Part shown: positions 10,389-19,669 of the stretch, one piece after another | Position numbering within the stretch: position 1 is the first letter of the stretch | How the letters are laid out: each line of letters begins with the position of its first letter | NCBI GenBank assembly: GCA_965208775.1 | Contig: OZ242360.1 | Span: 2,589,404-2,653,403, forward strand | DNA: 64,000 nucleotides | Direction of reading: 5' to 3' | Source of the DNA: Chloroflexota bacterium | GTDB taxonomy: Bacteria > Chloroflexota > UBA11872 > VXNJ01 | Translations under genes and position numbers: made by a program | Notes under the pieces: generated by a model | What the model saw: the letters and a program-made list of their open reading frames with translations, nothing else | Database searches by the model: none | Told to the model about the DNA's origin: nothing

Positions 10389-11828
10389 ATGATCGGTAGT
10401 CGAGCGCGGCGGCTGGCGGAACCCGTTGGCCGGTTGCTGCTCCTGGCCGCCGTTGTGTTCTGGTGGGGCGCGATCGTCCTGCCGCAGCTCATCAGCTTGG
10501 CGTTTCCCGATCTGCTGCCCTGGACCACCCTTCCGCGGCAACTCAACCCGAATACCGAAGGATCGCTGGCGAACGCCGTGTCCGCACTCTCTTTGGCTGT
10601 CGTCGCATTCCTGGCGCTCGGAAATACCTCTCGCAGCCTCAGGACTCACAACGCCCGTAAAAAATTGATTGCCATCGGTGGTTGGACGTTGCTGACGGTG
10701 ACGGCTGTATATCTGACCGCAGATGAGATTTTCGATCCCAGAACCATGTCTGCCTTCGAACGCTTGGGGCATTTCCTGTTCGGCGAGGCCTACAACGAGG
10801 ACTTATGGCCCGTCGTGCTCAGTCCGCTGATTGTTGCGTTCGTTGTCGCGATGGGACTCTTCATCCTGAGGGGACCGTTGTATCGGAGGGTGCGAATTCT
10901 GTTCATATTGGGATTGATCGCCTGGTTGCTCGCTATCGCGCATGACGTGAGTCAAAAGCCCCTCTTTGAAGACTTCGTTACCCAGAGGGTAGGGCGACTG
11001 CTTGACGAGACCCTCGAGTTCAGCGGAAGTCTGCTGATCGGACTGGGTGCGGCAATCTCCTTGTGGGACAGGCGGGAGCCGCCATCCGACATGGGCGACT
11101 GGCGGAGCCGGTTCAACTCGGCGGTTTGGTCATTCGACAAGTTCGTCATAGCGGCCGTCGCCATCGTCGCCTGCATTGTCGCCGTCGGCGTCATGGCCCC
11201 TCGTCTCTACAAATGGCCCCTGGCCGACGCTCGCGCCGACACCCTTGCAGGCGCCTTTCAAATGGTCGTGGACGACCAGCACTCCATCGTCCAGGAACTG
11301 GGCGTGCTCCCCGTGCCTCCCTCCCGCTTGGATCTCCGCATTGCAAACCGTTCCGCTTCCAACCGCCCAGGCGTCTTGGCATGGCGTTTGATCCAGCCGG
11401 AAGAAGGGATCTCTGGGAAAACACTCCGCGAGGGACGCAAGGAGATCCCCGCCAGGGATCACCTGGACTGGGAGACTCTCGACATCTCTCCGCCTGTCCA
11501 ATCTGGAGGCCGCCCCTTCGCCTTGCAGCTGATAGCCGATGTGGGCCCCGATGCCCATCTACGGATCGGCGCGACGAAGACAAACCGCTACGAGGAAGGG
11601 CGGCTCTGGGTTGACGGAGCGCTGGGTTGGCCGGACCAGAATATCGAGTTTGCAGCCTACAGCGCGCCGGAACTGACACGCAGCAAGCTCTTGGCGATGT
11701 GGCACGCCTTCCTATCCGATTGGCGCTGGCCTGTTTTGGCCGCCGACCTGGCTATCGTCATGGCGCTGTTTGTTTTCGTCCCACTTCTGCTCGTAACCGC
11801 CGCCCCGCCGCGGCGTGCCGTGCGCTGA
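10389..11828 (+). CDS. Polytopic integral membrane protein, function unknown
   Basis: 479-aa ORF with about 8 hydrophobic helices; no catalytic motif recognised. Confidence 0.5.
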   Translation: MIGSRARRLAEPVGRLLLLAAVVFWWGAIVLPQLISLAFPDLLPWTTLPRQLNPNTEGSLANAVSALSLAVVAFLALGNTSRSLRTHNARKKLIAIGGWTLLTVTAVYLTADEIFDPRTMSAFERLGHFLFGEAYNEDLWPVVLSPLIVAFVVAMGLFILRGPLYRRVRILFILGLIAWLLAIAHDVSQKPLFEDFVTQRVGRLLDETLEFSGSLLIGLGAAISLWDRREPPSDMGDWRSRFNSAVWSFDKFVIAAVAIVACIVAVGVMAPRLYKWPLADARADTLAGAFQMVVDDQHSIVQELGVLPVPPSRLDLRIANRSASNRPGVLAWRLIQPEEGISGKTLREGRKEIPARDHLDWETLDISPPVQSGGRPFALQLIADVGPDAHLRIGATKTNRYEEGRLWVDGALGWPDQNIEFAAYSAPELTRSKLLAMWHAFLSDWRWPVLAADLAIVMALFVFVPLLLVTAAPPRRAVR

Positions 11829-11911
11829 CGGGGCGGTAGAGACGACCGTAGATCCATCCGTACTCCCCGGCCTGCTCTTCCTGCCGGCCGAGTTGGTCGC
11901 GCTCGCCGGCG

Positions 11912-12379
11912 TTGCGAGAGACCGACCACCGCGTCGCGCTGGCACAAGGCCTCGTCGTCGGACCGGCGATCTGGGGCGTCGTCGTCAACCTCGCGATGTA
12001 CGCGCTCCCGGGAATCCCCGGCGCGATCACCGGCTGGATAGTTGTGCTGGCGCTAGCCGCGGTTCTGATATGGCGCACTCCGAAATCGGTCCGCCCGCGG
12101 CTGCGCACGGCGGCGGTCATTATCGCCGAGCTCATAAGGATGAGATTGGGCGGGACCCCGTACCAGGTTGTCGACGGGAGACTAAGCTGTCTCCATCTGC
12201 CGGGGCACCCTTCAATCCGAGGACGACCGATGCAACTTCAGATCCCGTTGCTCACCGAACCTTCGCCTAGGCGATCGACATTCAGCAGACGTAGGCGCCT
12301 GTTTCGAAGCGCTGCTTGCGTAGCCGACGATGCCGATCGATCCAGACCAGGTCAAGCGACGCTATCGCTCGCTTGCTAA
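11912..12379 (+). CDS. Small membrane protein (hypothetical)
   Basis: 155 aa with 2-3 hydrophobic segments, directly after the 479-aa membrane protein gene. Weak. Confidence 0.25.
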   Translation: MRETDHRVALAQGLVVGPAIWGVVVNLAMYALPGIPGAITGWIVVLALAAVLIWRTPKSVRPRLRTAAVIIAELIRMRLGGTPYQVVDGRLSCLHLPGHPSIRGRPMQLQIPLLTEPSPRRSTFSRRRRLFRSAACVADDADRSRPGQATLSLAC

Positions 12380-12426
12380 AGGGTCGCATCCTGACTTCAA
12401 TCCGGGACTCCAACGGTCACAGGATT

Positions 12427-13628
12427 GGCAGACATAGAGTTGCGCTTGCAGGTGGTGAATCGTTCGATTCGAGCCTGTCAGCGCTGACCAATTCAAGCCA
12501 CCTCAACTGCATCAGTGGGCAGTCGATTCCAATGCGTCGTTCCAGTCCCGTCGTTTCCATTGGCGTTTCAAGGAGGCACGCAAGCAGACGTCACGCTTCC
12601 GTATGTTTCTTCGTCTCCCTCTTGGACGACCTGTAGCCGACCGGCATTTCAGTGAAGACTTAGGTACGGTTTTCGCCGTCATTGCCCAACTTGCGGCGCT
12701 GACTGCTTACCGCAGTACGCATGGTGCGAGCATCGGCGTAGGCCTGAAGGCCCCGGTCCCTGTTGATCATCGGGCGTCAGGCCGGTTCTGACGAAGTCCG
12801 GGGGCCTGCTCGACCTGCCCAGGGTCGTGATCACGCCGTTACCGGAGTCCGTCAACGCCCGGGCGCTCTCAACCACCTCCTGGAACACGGTGTCGAAATC
12901 GAGGCTCTCATTTACGCACAGGCCGGCCTCGCTAAGCCGCGGCAGCCGGTCTCTGAGAGCCTGACTCTCCAGATCTCGAAGGTCCTCTCGGTCTAACTAT
13001 AGGCCTCGATTGGGCGGCGAAAGGTCCGGTAATCCAGCTGATGTGAAACGCCAATTGTGGCTACCGATTGGGTGTTTCTAGAGCAATTATGCCGGCTTTT
13101 ACTGAAACTCACACTGATCTTATGCAAACGGGTCGCTATTCTCACGCCCATCTTATATACGACTTCTAGACTAAAGCGTCACTGACCCGCCGAGGGGAGG
13201 CAGCCGCTTGGCTTTCGACTTCGATGCGTCCGAGTTTGTGGACGCCGAGCGGTTCCCAAAAGTCGAGCGTGGTGCCGGCGTGTCACTAACCGGGACGTCC
13301 CCAACGGGAGTGCGGCGTGGCCACGAGGGTCCGGGAATGGCGTGAGTGGCATGAGAGCAACCGCCGGCATTTGCACTTGTCATCGGTGTTGCAGTCGTGG
13401 TCATCCGGCCATTCATCGTCTAACTCTTCCGGGCAAGCCGTTTCCCAGGGCTGATTGGCGCGCAACTCACCTGGCCCTGGTCACGGAGGGCGGGGCAGCG
13501 TCTCCCTGGTGCCTCTTCATCACTTAGCCAGCTGGCCGCCCCGCCCTTTTCAGAATGGAGCGCCATGCGGGAGCGAGACGTCGTTGTCCTGATCGCGGCT
13601 GTCCTGATAGTCCTGGTCCTGTTCTTCG
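12427..13628. repeat. Copy A of a ~1.2 kb imperfect direct repeat (~90% identity with 60558-61790)
   Basis: Alignment by eye: ...gttgcgcttgcaggtggtgaatcgttcgattcgagcctgtcagcgctgaccaattcaagccacc... through ...ggccgccccgcccttttcagaatggagcgccatgcgggagcgagacgtcgttgtcctgatcgcgg. Contains an AT-richer stretch (13000-13200) plus the promoter/5'UTR and first ~20 codons of the downstream lipoprotein gene. Confidence 0.85.
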
Positions 13629-15709
13629 TAGGTTGCGTGGATTCCTCCGAGCCTGCGTCACCTGAGCAAGGCGCCGTTCAGAAGTCGGTTCTCAGACCCG
13701 GTGCCATAACGCCGGCACCGAACCCCGATCATTTCACGCAGGTAGCGGTCGGCGAAGATCACTTTTGCGCCTTGCAACGGTACGGGAAGGTCATCTGCTG
13801 GGGCGAAAATGCTGACGGGCAACTTAACGTTCCCAGCGGTGCCAGGTTCAGCCAAATCACGGCCGGATACCGCTTTTCCTGCGGGATTCAGACGGACGGC
13901 CGAATCGCCTGTTGGGGCTCGAACGCGCATAACAAAACTGATGCGCCGGAAGGGACGTTCACGGCCATAGACGCCGGCTGGGACCACGCTTGCGCGCTTG
14001 ATGGCGACGCCGCAGTGTGCTGGGGTTGGGAAGTCGACGGACGCACGACATCCCCCGATGTCACCTTCACTGCAATCGAGTCCGGCGCCGAGCACAGTTG
14101 CGGCTTGACCCCAGACGGAGATTTGCGCTGCTGGGGGAAGAATGACAACGGGCGGGCCGATTCCCGCAGCGGCCCTTTTATCGCGCTGGCGGTCGGCATC
14201 GCGCACACGTGCGTTTTGCAAAGCGACGGCAGAGTCTCATGCCAGGGTGACAATGCGTTCGGCCAGTCCGATCCTCCCGACACGAAGTTCGCGCAAATCA
14301 CCGCCGGTTCGGAACACTCCTGCGGGATTTTGTCTAACGGCGCTCTTAAGTGCTGGGGAGGTTATCCAGACAGATACAGCAAGATCGAGAACCGCCAGTT
14401 GGATGCGCCGACCGGTATTTTCTCGTCGATAGATGCCGGATGGAGGAACACGTGTGTGGTGGCAGCTCAGGGCCACGCCGAGTGCTGGGAATACTCGTAC
14501 CGGACGATCCCGTTCCCGCCTTACGATCGCCTGAATTTCGAGGACGTGCTTCCGGGCCATAAGTCCCATCAACCGACTGAGGTCTTCCCCTGGCCGGCGG
14601 GCGGGCTGGCGGTGGCCGAAAGGGCTGGCACTATCGTTGCGTACGCCGCCGGCGGGGAGCCCATCCCCATCCTCGACTTGACGGATCGAACTGACTCCGA
14701 CGGCAGTGAGAACGGCTTGCTCAGCGCTGCGGTCGATCCGGACTTCAGCGAGTTTCCATTCCTCTATGTTTTCTACACGACGCCGGTTGAGAGCAGCGAG
14801 TACAAGACATCGACACGGCTTGCGCGCTTCCCGGTAGTCGACGGCGTTGCCGTGCGTGAAGAAGAACTAACTATCCTCGACCTACCTCAAATTAGGCCCC
14901 ACAACTACCACTATGGCGGAGCGATCAGGTTCGGACCGGACGGGATGCTGTACCTGGGACTAGGCGACGGCCACTGCTTTCTGTGCCCGCAAAGTCTGGA
15001 AAGTCTGCACGGAAAGATCATTCGCATCGATGTGCGCGGAGCATCGGCCGAGCAGCCGTATAGCGTGCCGGACGACAACCCGTTCGTCGGAGTGTCTAAC
15101 GCGCGGCCAGAGATTTGGGCGTACGGTTTGCGGAACCCGTGGCGCATGGCGTTCGATTCCCAAGACGGCAGGCTTTGGGTTGCCGACGTCGGCATGCATG
15201 CAGAAGAAGAAGTAACGATTGCGGCGGCGGGCGCAAACCTGGGATGGCCGCTATTCGAAGGCTTCGACTGCTTCACCGCCGATGACATCGTCATAAAGCA
15301 TGAGTACGAGATCGTTACGGAGTATGAGTGCAGCGAATTCGAAGACCTCACGTCGCCGGTTGCCAGCTATGGGCGCTTGCAGGGATGCGCCGTGGTCGGC
15401 GGGGTTGTATATCGGGGCGCCAAGATTCCCTGGCTGGACGGCGTTTATCTCTTTTCCGACTTCTGCAGCGGGCGGATTTGGGCGCTCGACCACAGCGTCG
15501 AGTCGGGCTGGCGAATGGTAGAGGTCGCGGATTTGCCCTTGCCTGTCAGTTCCTTCGGAACCGATGAGGTCGGCAACGTTTATGTGCTCACGTTTGCCGG
15601 CCCGATCCTCCGCCTGGTCGAGGCTGAGTCAGGATACGTGAATCCTCCTGCAAACACCCTATCGTCGCGGACTTTCACACCGCCTGCCGACCGAAATAGC
15701 GTCCCCTAG
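13565..15709 (+). CDS. Lipoprotein with a 7-blade RCC1-like propeller plus a C-terminal sorbosone/glucose-dehydrogenase-like (SGL) beta-propeller
   Basis: Signal peptide with lipobox LFFVGC. Seven repeats of the form ...HxCxL..dG.v.CWG.N..GQ (RCC1/BLIP-II-like). C-terminal GLRNPWRMAFD..DGRLWVADVG is typical of the PQQ/soluble-glucose-dehydrogenase-like fold. Confidence 0.65.
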   Translation: MRERDVVVLIAAVLIVLVLFFVGCVDSSEPASPEQGAVQKSVLRPGAITPAPNPDHFTQVAVGEDHFCALQRYGKVICWGENADGQLNVPSGARFSQITAGYRFSCGIQTDGRIACWGSNAHNKTDAPEGTFTAIDAGWDHACALDGDAAVCWGWEVDGRTTSPDVTFTAIESGAEHSCGLTPDGDLRCWGKNDNGRADSRSGPFIALAVGIAHTCVLQSDGRVSCQGDNAFGQSDPPDTKFAQITAGSEHSCGILSNGALKCWGGYPDRYSKIENRQLDAPTGIFSSIDAGWRNTCVVAAQGHAECWEYSYRTIPFPPYDRLNFEDVLPGHKSHQPTEVFPWPAGGLAVAERAGTIVAYAAGGEPIPILDLTDRTDSDGSENGLLSAAVDPDFSEFPFLYVFYTTPVESSEYKTSTRLARFPVVDGVAVREEELTILDLPQIRPHNYHYGGAIRFGPDGMLYLGLGDGHCFLCPQSLESLHGKIIRIDVRGASAEQPYSVPDDNPFVGVSNARPEIWAYGLRNPWRMAFDSQDGRLWVADVGMHAEEEVTIAAAGANLGWPLFEGFDCFTADDIVIKHEYEIVTEYECSEFEDLTSPVASYGRLQGCAVVGGVVYRGAKIPWLDGVYLFSDFCSGRIWALDHSVESGWRMVEVADLPLPVSSFGTDEVGNVYVLTFAGPILRLVEAESGYVNPPANTLSSRTFTPPADRNSVP

Positions 15710-16111
15710 AACCCAAATCTAGTCGGCACTTTCCCTCTGACGCCCTGCGAAAGGTCTCGAACGTTGGATTTCTCCCCTAGGCGACATCTAGCAGATATCG
15801 GCGAGCGCAACGAGGGCCAGATCGACATTGACGGAAGCCTGCTCCAGACTTCGCCAACCCAATTCAAATGCAAGCAAGTTCCTTCCATACTTCTCGAAGT
15901 ACTCGAACCTCGTCTTCGCCACCCAGATGTCGTCCGATCAACTCCATGGGGTCGCCCCACAATGCTCGACTTCGCTGCAACAGCCGGCAATTCGTCCTTC
16001 TCCGTAGGTGCCCCAGTGCGCATAATGCAGCCAAGAATCCACTCAACGGGTCGTAGAGGACCCCACACGCCGCTGTTCGGGACGGCCCCGCGACTGAACC
16101 GGACAATCGCT

Positions 16112-17344
16112 TTAGAGCGTTCCCCAGTCGACCCATTTGAGGGCGTCAACGGAGAAGCCTCGATCCCACACGCGGGTCTTTAGCGGATCTAAGAACGGTA
16201 CGTTCTTGAGCGCGAGTGGCCTTGAGTCAGCCAGAGTGATTACTTGAATGGGTACACGCCGGTGCCCCCAACGTGTTGCATCAGTCCGATCCTGATAGTC
16301 GACTAGCAGCCTGCCGAGCGCCTCGTACGCGTGGGTGTCGTAGTAGGGCATAGAGTACCCGATTACGACGATACAGGAGACTTCATTATGTGCCCGATGA
16401 AGATTCTCCCAAAGGTCCAGGATTGGCGCGTTTCCAAGCAGCTTGTCTTGCGCTGGCGGGAGAATGAACGGGACCACAGTTCCGAATCTACTTTCGATGG
16501 GGAAGTGCTCGACGTGATTTGGGACACGACGGACTCGGGACAGGATGTTCTTCCCAAATATCTCTGTAGGTCCCTTCGAGAGCGGCTCCGATGGTACTGA
16601 AGGCGCTGGACCGAAGATCGGATCCTCGTTGGGTACTTGGTCACCTTGCTCTTTGTGCCATGCCATGGACTCGTCAAGGTAGAAGCGGTCGTACCAGTCG
16701 ATCGATCCGTGGAGCTTTATTAGGTCGACGTACTTCGGTCGGAATTGAGCAGGATCGTCTTTGAGCCACCACTGAGGCGTAAGGCTGTAAGGCTTGCCAA
16801 TGTCATCAAGCGCCTGCTCCAAGAGGGAGTCGTAGTTGAATGTGAGCACAACGTCATCGGGACCCAGTTCCTCGGCGAAGTCCCTGAACAATTGCGGTGT
16901 GTCCATGGGAGTTGCCTTGATGAGTATCTCTTGAATCGCCCTTCGCGCGGCGACTATCGATCGGCTGCCATGATTGAAGTACTCTTCAGAACCAATCAGC
17001 CCCAGATAGTGCTTTCGATGACTGTACGCGAGCACCCGCTCAAGGTCGATCGGCCGGCCTGGATACAGCGTGGTCCACTCGGCTATTTCCTCTTCAAGGG
17101 GACCTTCCCAACCGAAGTCGCGGAAGTAACGCCGGAGGTCCTTTCGGACCAGATCAAGAAGCTCTTCGCCTAGTGGTAAGCCAGCTGGGGCCGAGAAGCC
17201 GGCGCCCAGTACAAATAGGCGATAAATGGGCCGGTCCATACTGTGGAGGTTCCCCCGCGCGACGGGCGGCTGTGTTTCGTGGAATTCGCCCGCCAAATGG
17301 TCAGCGAAAATGTTCATTCCCATTCTCATCCATGAAATCTGCAT
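16112..17344 (-). CDS. Standalone SIR2-like (SIR2_2/PF13289-type) protein, putative NAD+-depleting defense effector; true start probably near 17239
   Basis: LFVLGAGFSAPAGLPLG..., VVLTFNYDSLLEQAL, DLIKLHGSIDW and IVVIGYSMPYYD match the defense-associated SIR2-like family signatures (GAGxS ... TxNYD ... KLHGS ... IGYS). No other domain in 410 aa. Confidence 0.6.
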   Translation of the reverse strand: MQISWMRMGMNIFADHLAGEFHETQPPVARGNLHSMDRPIYRLFVLGAGFSAPAGLPLGEELLDLVRKDLRRYFRDFGWEGPLEEEIAEWTTLYPGRPIDLERVLAYSHRKHYLGLIGSEEYFNHGSRSIVAARRAIQEILIKATPMDTPQLFRDFAEELGPDDVVLTFNYDSLLEQALDDIGKPYSLTPQWWLKDDPAQFRPKYVDLIKLHGSIDWYDRFYLDESMAWHKEQGDQVPNEDPIFGPAPSVPSEPLSKGPTEIFGKNILSRVRRVPNHVEHFPIESRFGTVVPFILPPAQDKLLGNAPILDLWENLHRAHNEVSCIVVIGYSMPYYDTHAYEALGRLLVDYQDRTDATRWGHRRVPIQVITLADSRPLALKNVPFLDPLKTRVWDRGFSVDALKWVDWGTL

Positions 17345-17855
17345 GCGCTACTGGAAATGTCTACGGTGCCGTTATCGGCGAGCTCTCGGCATGGGCGTAC
17401 TCGCCGGTTGTGTCCGCATGGGGACTCTACTTGTTTGCGAATGGCTACATGGCTGGGCCATGGAATCTGGCCTCCGCGCGGCCTTGTGCCGCTGGGGTGG
17501 CGAGCAGTGGGCATCGAAAATGCGTGCTCACTGGCGATGGGGGGTCGAACTGCTGTGGGACGGGCGACCGACTGACTGCGTCGATCAGCTTGGAGTAACT
17601 CTATCTTCCAGTCATGACTGCTGCACAAGCTGAGGCAATCGGTCTGGTAGAGCCAAATTGGAGCGACGCTGCGGCCCGCTCAACTCTGGCGAGCCGATCC
17701 CGGCCAGCTCCGTTTCCAAAGTGAGTCGAGGACCGGAGATTCGCAACTTGTCCGGGGGCCAGTTGGGAGTTGGCCGACAGGAAGTCGCTACTCATCCCCC
17801 GATTGGCGTCTATCGCCATTCCCCTCATGTCATGAACAGAAGAGCGGGTGACTAC

Positions 17856-19358
17856 CTACTGGAGGGCCGCTCCAAAGACGTGTAGTGCAACTGCCAACGA
17901 TTCGTCGATCCACTCGTTGAACTGAGTGAGAACTTGATCGTTTCTGTCTCTTTCGGTGAACGTGAACGCTGTATCGCTGCAATCGACAGCCTGCTTATCG
18001 GGCCCCACGGCAGGTTCCTCGTCCCCGTTGTACCACCAAACCTCCCCGAAACAGGTAGCAGCCATTACGCCGGATAGTGGCGCTCCAACATGGTGTAGGG
18101 AGATAACGTAAACCAGACGCAGTTTCTCAAACGAAACATTTGCTTGAACCCAGTACCGAGCTTCGGATCGGTTCGCCCAATGTCCGAGTCGTTTTGCGGT
18201 GTTGACGATTTGGAACCACCAATAGTCCTCTTCGGCGGCACCGGGTCCTGCACTGCGCACCCAGTGAGCGAGTTCCAAGCCTTGCCGCTCAAACTCCCAC
18301 GACACGTCCTCCAACTTCTGTTCGAGGAAGTCGGTCGCATGGTTGTATAGCCAAGATGCGGCGTCGTTGACCTTTCGCAATTCCTCGAACTTCTCCATCT
18401 CCCTAGCTCGATGGCGACTAGCGAGAGCTGAGGCAACCTGATCGATTTTGCTTCGGCTGGGATCAGCCACCGTTACTTCTTCCGTGGCTGCTTTGGCAGT
18501 TTCTGAGACGGCGGTCAGCAGGTCCCGACGTTGCAGTTTCGCGAACAGATTTGTCAGAGTTACGAGGTCACCCGTGTCGGCCTCTTCCAGCGCGGTGATG
18601 TATTCATCGCGGTCCTCTCGATCGACGCGCAGAGGAAAGTAATCACCCTTGATCAAGACCATTGACGCTAAGGCGCGCGCGACGCGTCCGTTGCCATCCT
18701 GAAACGGATGAATGGCTACGAAGGCGTGGTGCAGCCAAGCAGCAGCCGCCGCAGGATGGAACCGAGAATTGAGCGTCCCAAAAATGTCAACGAGCCGCGT
18801 CATCTCGACACCCGTTTGCTCGGGTGGGGCATATTCGTGAACAGTGCCATTCGGCCGAGTCGGATTATTGGGATGCAGCTTGTACTGTCCGTGCTGCAGG
18901 CGCGTACTCACTCGCCCTCCGAATTGGTCGACACCTTCGACGTAGTCTTGGTGACGAGTGATTAGCGCGTGCAACTCCTTTATGAAGCCTTCGGTCAGGT
19001 CACGTGTTCCGCCCACAAAGTCCATCACGAAGTCCAACGACTCCCTTTGATCTCGAATCAGATCAATGGTGTTGGCAGAAACCACGCCTCCAACCCGGTC
19101 GATCGCGTCAGCTGTGATGCCATGAGCGATAATCGTCTCTGTGATGCCTCTGTCCAGCTCGTACAGCCCTTCGATAATCCCGGTCTCGATCGCGATGGAC
19201 CTGTAGAGGCGTTCCGTGAATCGCGAAAGCAGGGCTTCACTAAGTTCCGACTTAACCCCGACCCAGAGATCGCGGACGTGATCCAACCTCTCAAGATCGT
19301 CTGTTACCTGATGCCTGAATTGCTCCGATGGAGGGTCAATGGGTCTCCAGCCAGACAA
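17856..19358 (-). CDS. Fic/Doc-family protein (predicted AMP/NMP-transferase), 500 aa
   Basis: Canonical Fic motif HPFQDGNGRVARAL (HxFx[DE]GNGRxxR) in the middle of the protein. Long N- and C-terminal extensions. Confidence 0.8.
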   Translation of the reverse strand: MSGWRPIDPPSEQFRHQVTDDLERLDHVRDLWVGVKSELSEALLSRFTERLYRSIAIETGIIEGLYELDRGITETIIAHGITADAIDRVGGVVSANTIDLIRDQRESLDFVMDFVGGTRDLTEGFIKELHALITRHQDYVEGVDQFGGRVSTRLQHGQYKLHPNNPTRPNGTVHEYAPPEQTGVEMTRLVDIFGTLNSRFHPAAAAAWLHHAFVAIHPFQDGNGRVARALASMVLIKGDYFPLRVDREDRDEYITALEEADTGDLVTLTNLFAKLQRRDLLTAVSETAKAATEEVTVADPSRSKIDQVASALASRHRAREMEKFEELRKVNDAASWLYNHATDFLEQKLEDVSWEFERQGLELAHWVRSAGPGAAEEDYWWFQIVNTAKRLGHWANRSEARYWVQANVSFEKLRLVYVISLHHVGAPLSGVMAATCFGEVWWYNGDEEPAVGPDKQAVDCSDTAFTFTERDRNDQVLTQFNEWIDESLAVALHVFGAALQ

Positions 19359-19669
19359 AATCCAACTCCATAAGGCTCTTGATCGTTCCCGAACATGTAC
19401 CGTTCGCTATGTTAATCCGAGAATGCCGCGCTAGGTTCAATCAGCGGCAAGTTCTCTCCCAGTTATTTCTGAAACTGGCGGTGCTAGAGATCTTCGTGCC
19501 GAGCAGATGGCACTCAACCAGGATAGAAGTCGCCGCAATCTGCTCGACCCTATGAGTTGATCGTGCTTGCGATCCTCCCCGACTCTACGTCGGGGATACT
19601 TCTTGGAACGACTCCCTGCGAGTCTGGCACTGCACGGACCCGATCTTTGGTTCCGTTGCCAACTGCTGC

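Noticed and set aside
12427-12520. Possible tRNA or tmRNA at the left end of the 1.2-kb repeat (ggtggtgaatcgttcgattcgagcc...gccacc resembles a T-arm)
   Set aside because: Could not fold a complete cloverleaf (no convincing acceptor/D/anticodon stems, no CCA context) by eye. Needs tRNAscan/ARAGORN; unsupported for now.
12679-12888. Minus-strand ORF inside the repeat with a GAF-domain-like N-terminus (DFDTVFQEVVESARALTDSGNGVITTL)
   Set aside because: Only ~70 codons are open and both repeat copies are interrupted. Probably a remnant of an ancestral gene inside the duplicated segment rather than a functional gene.
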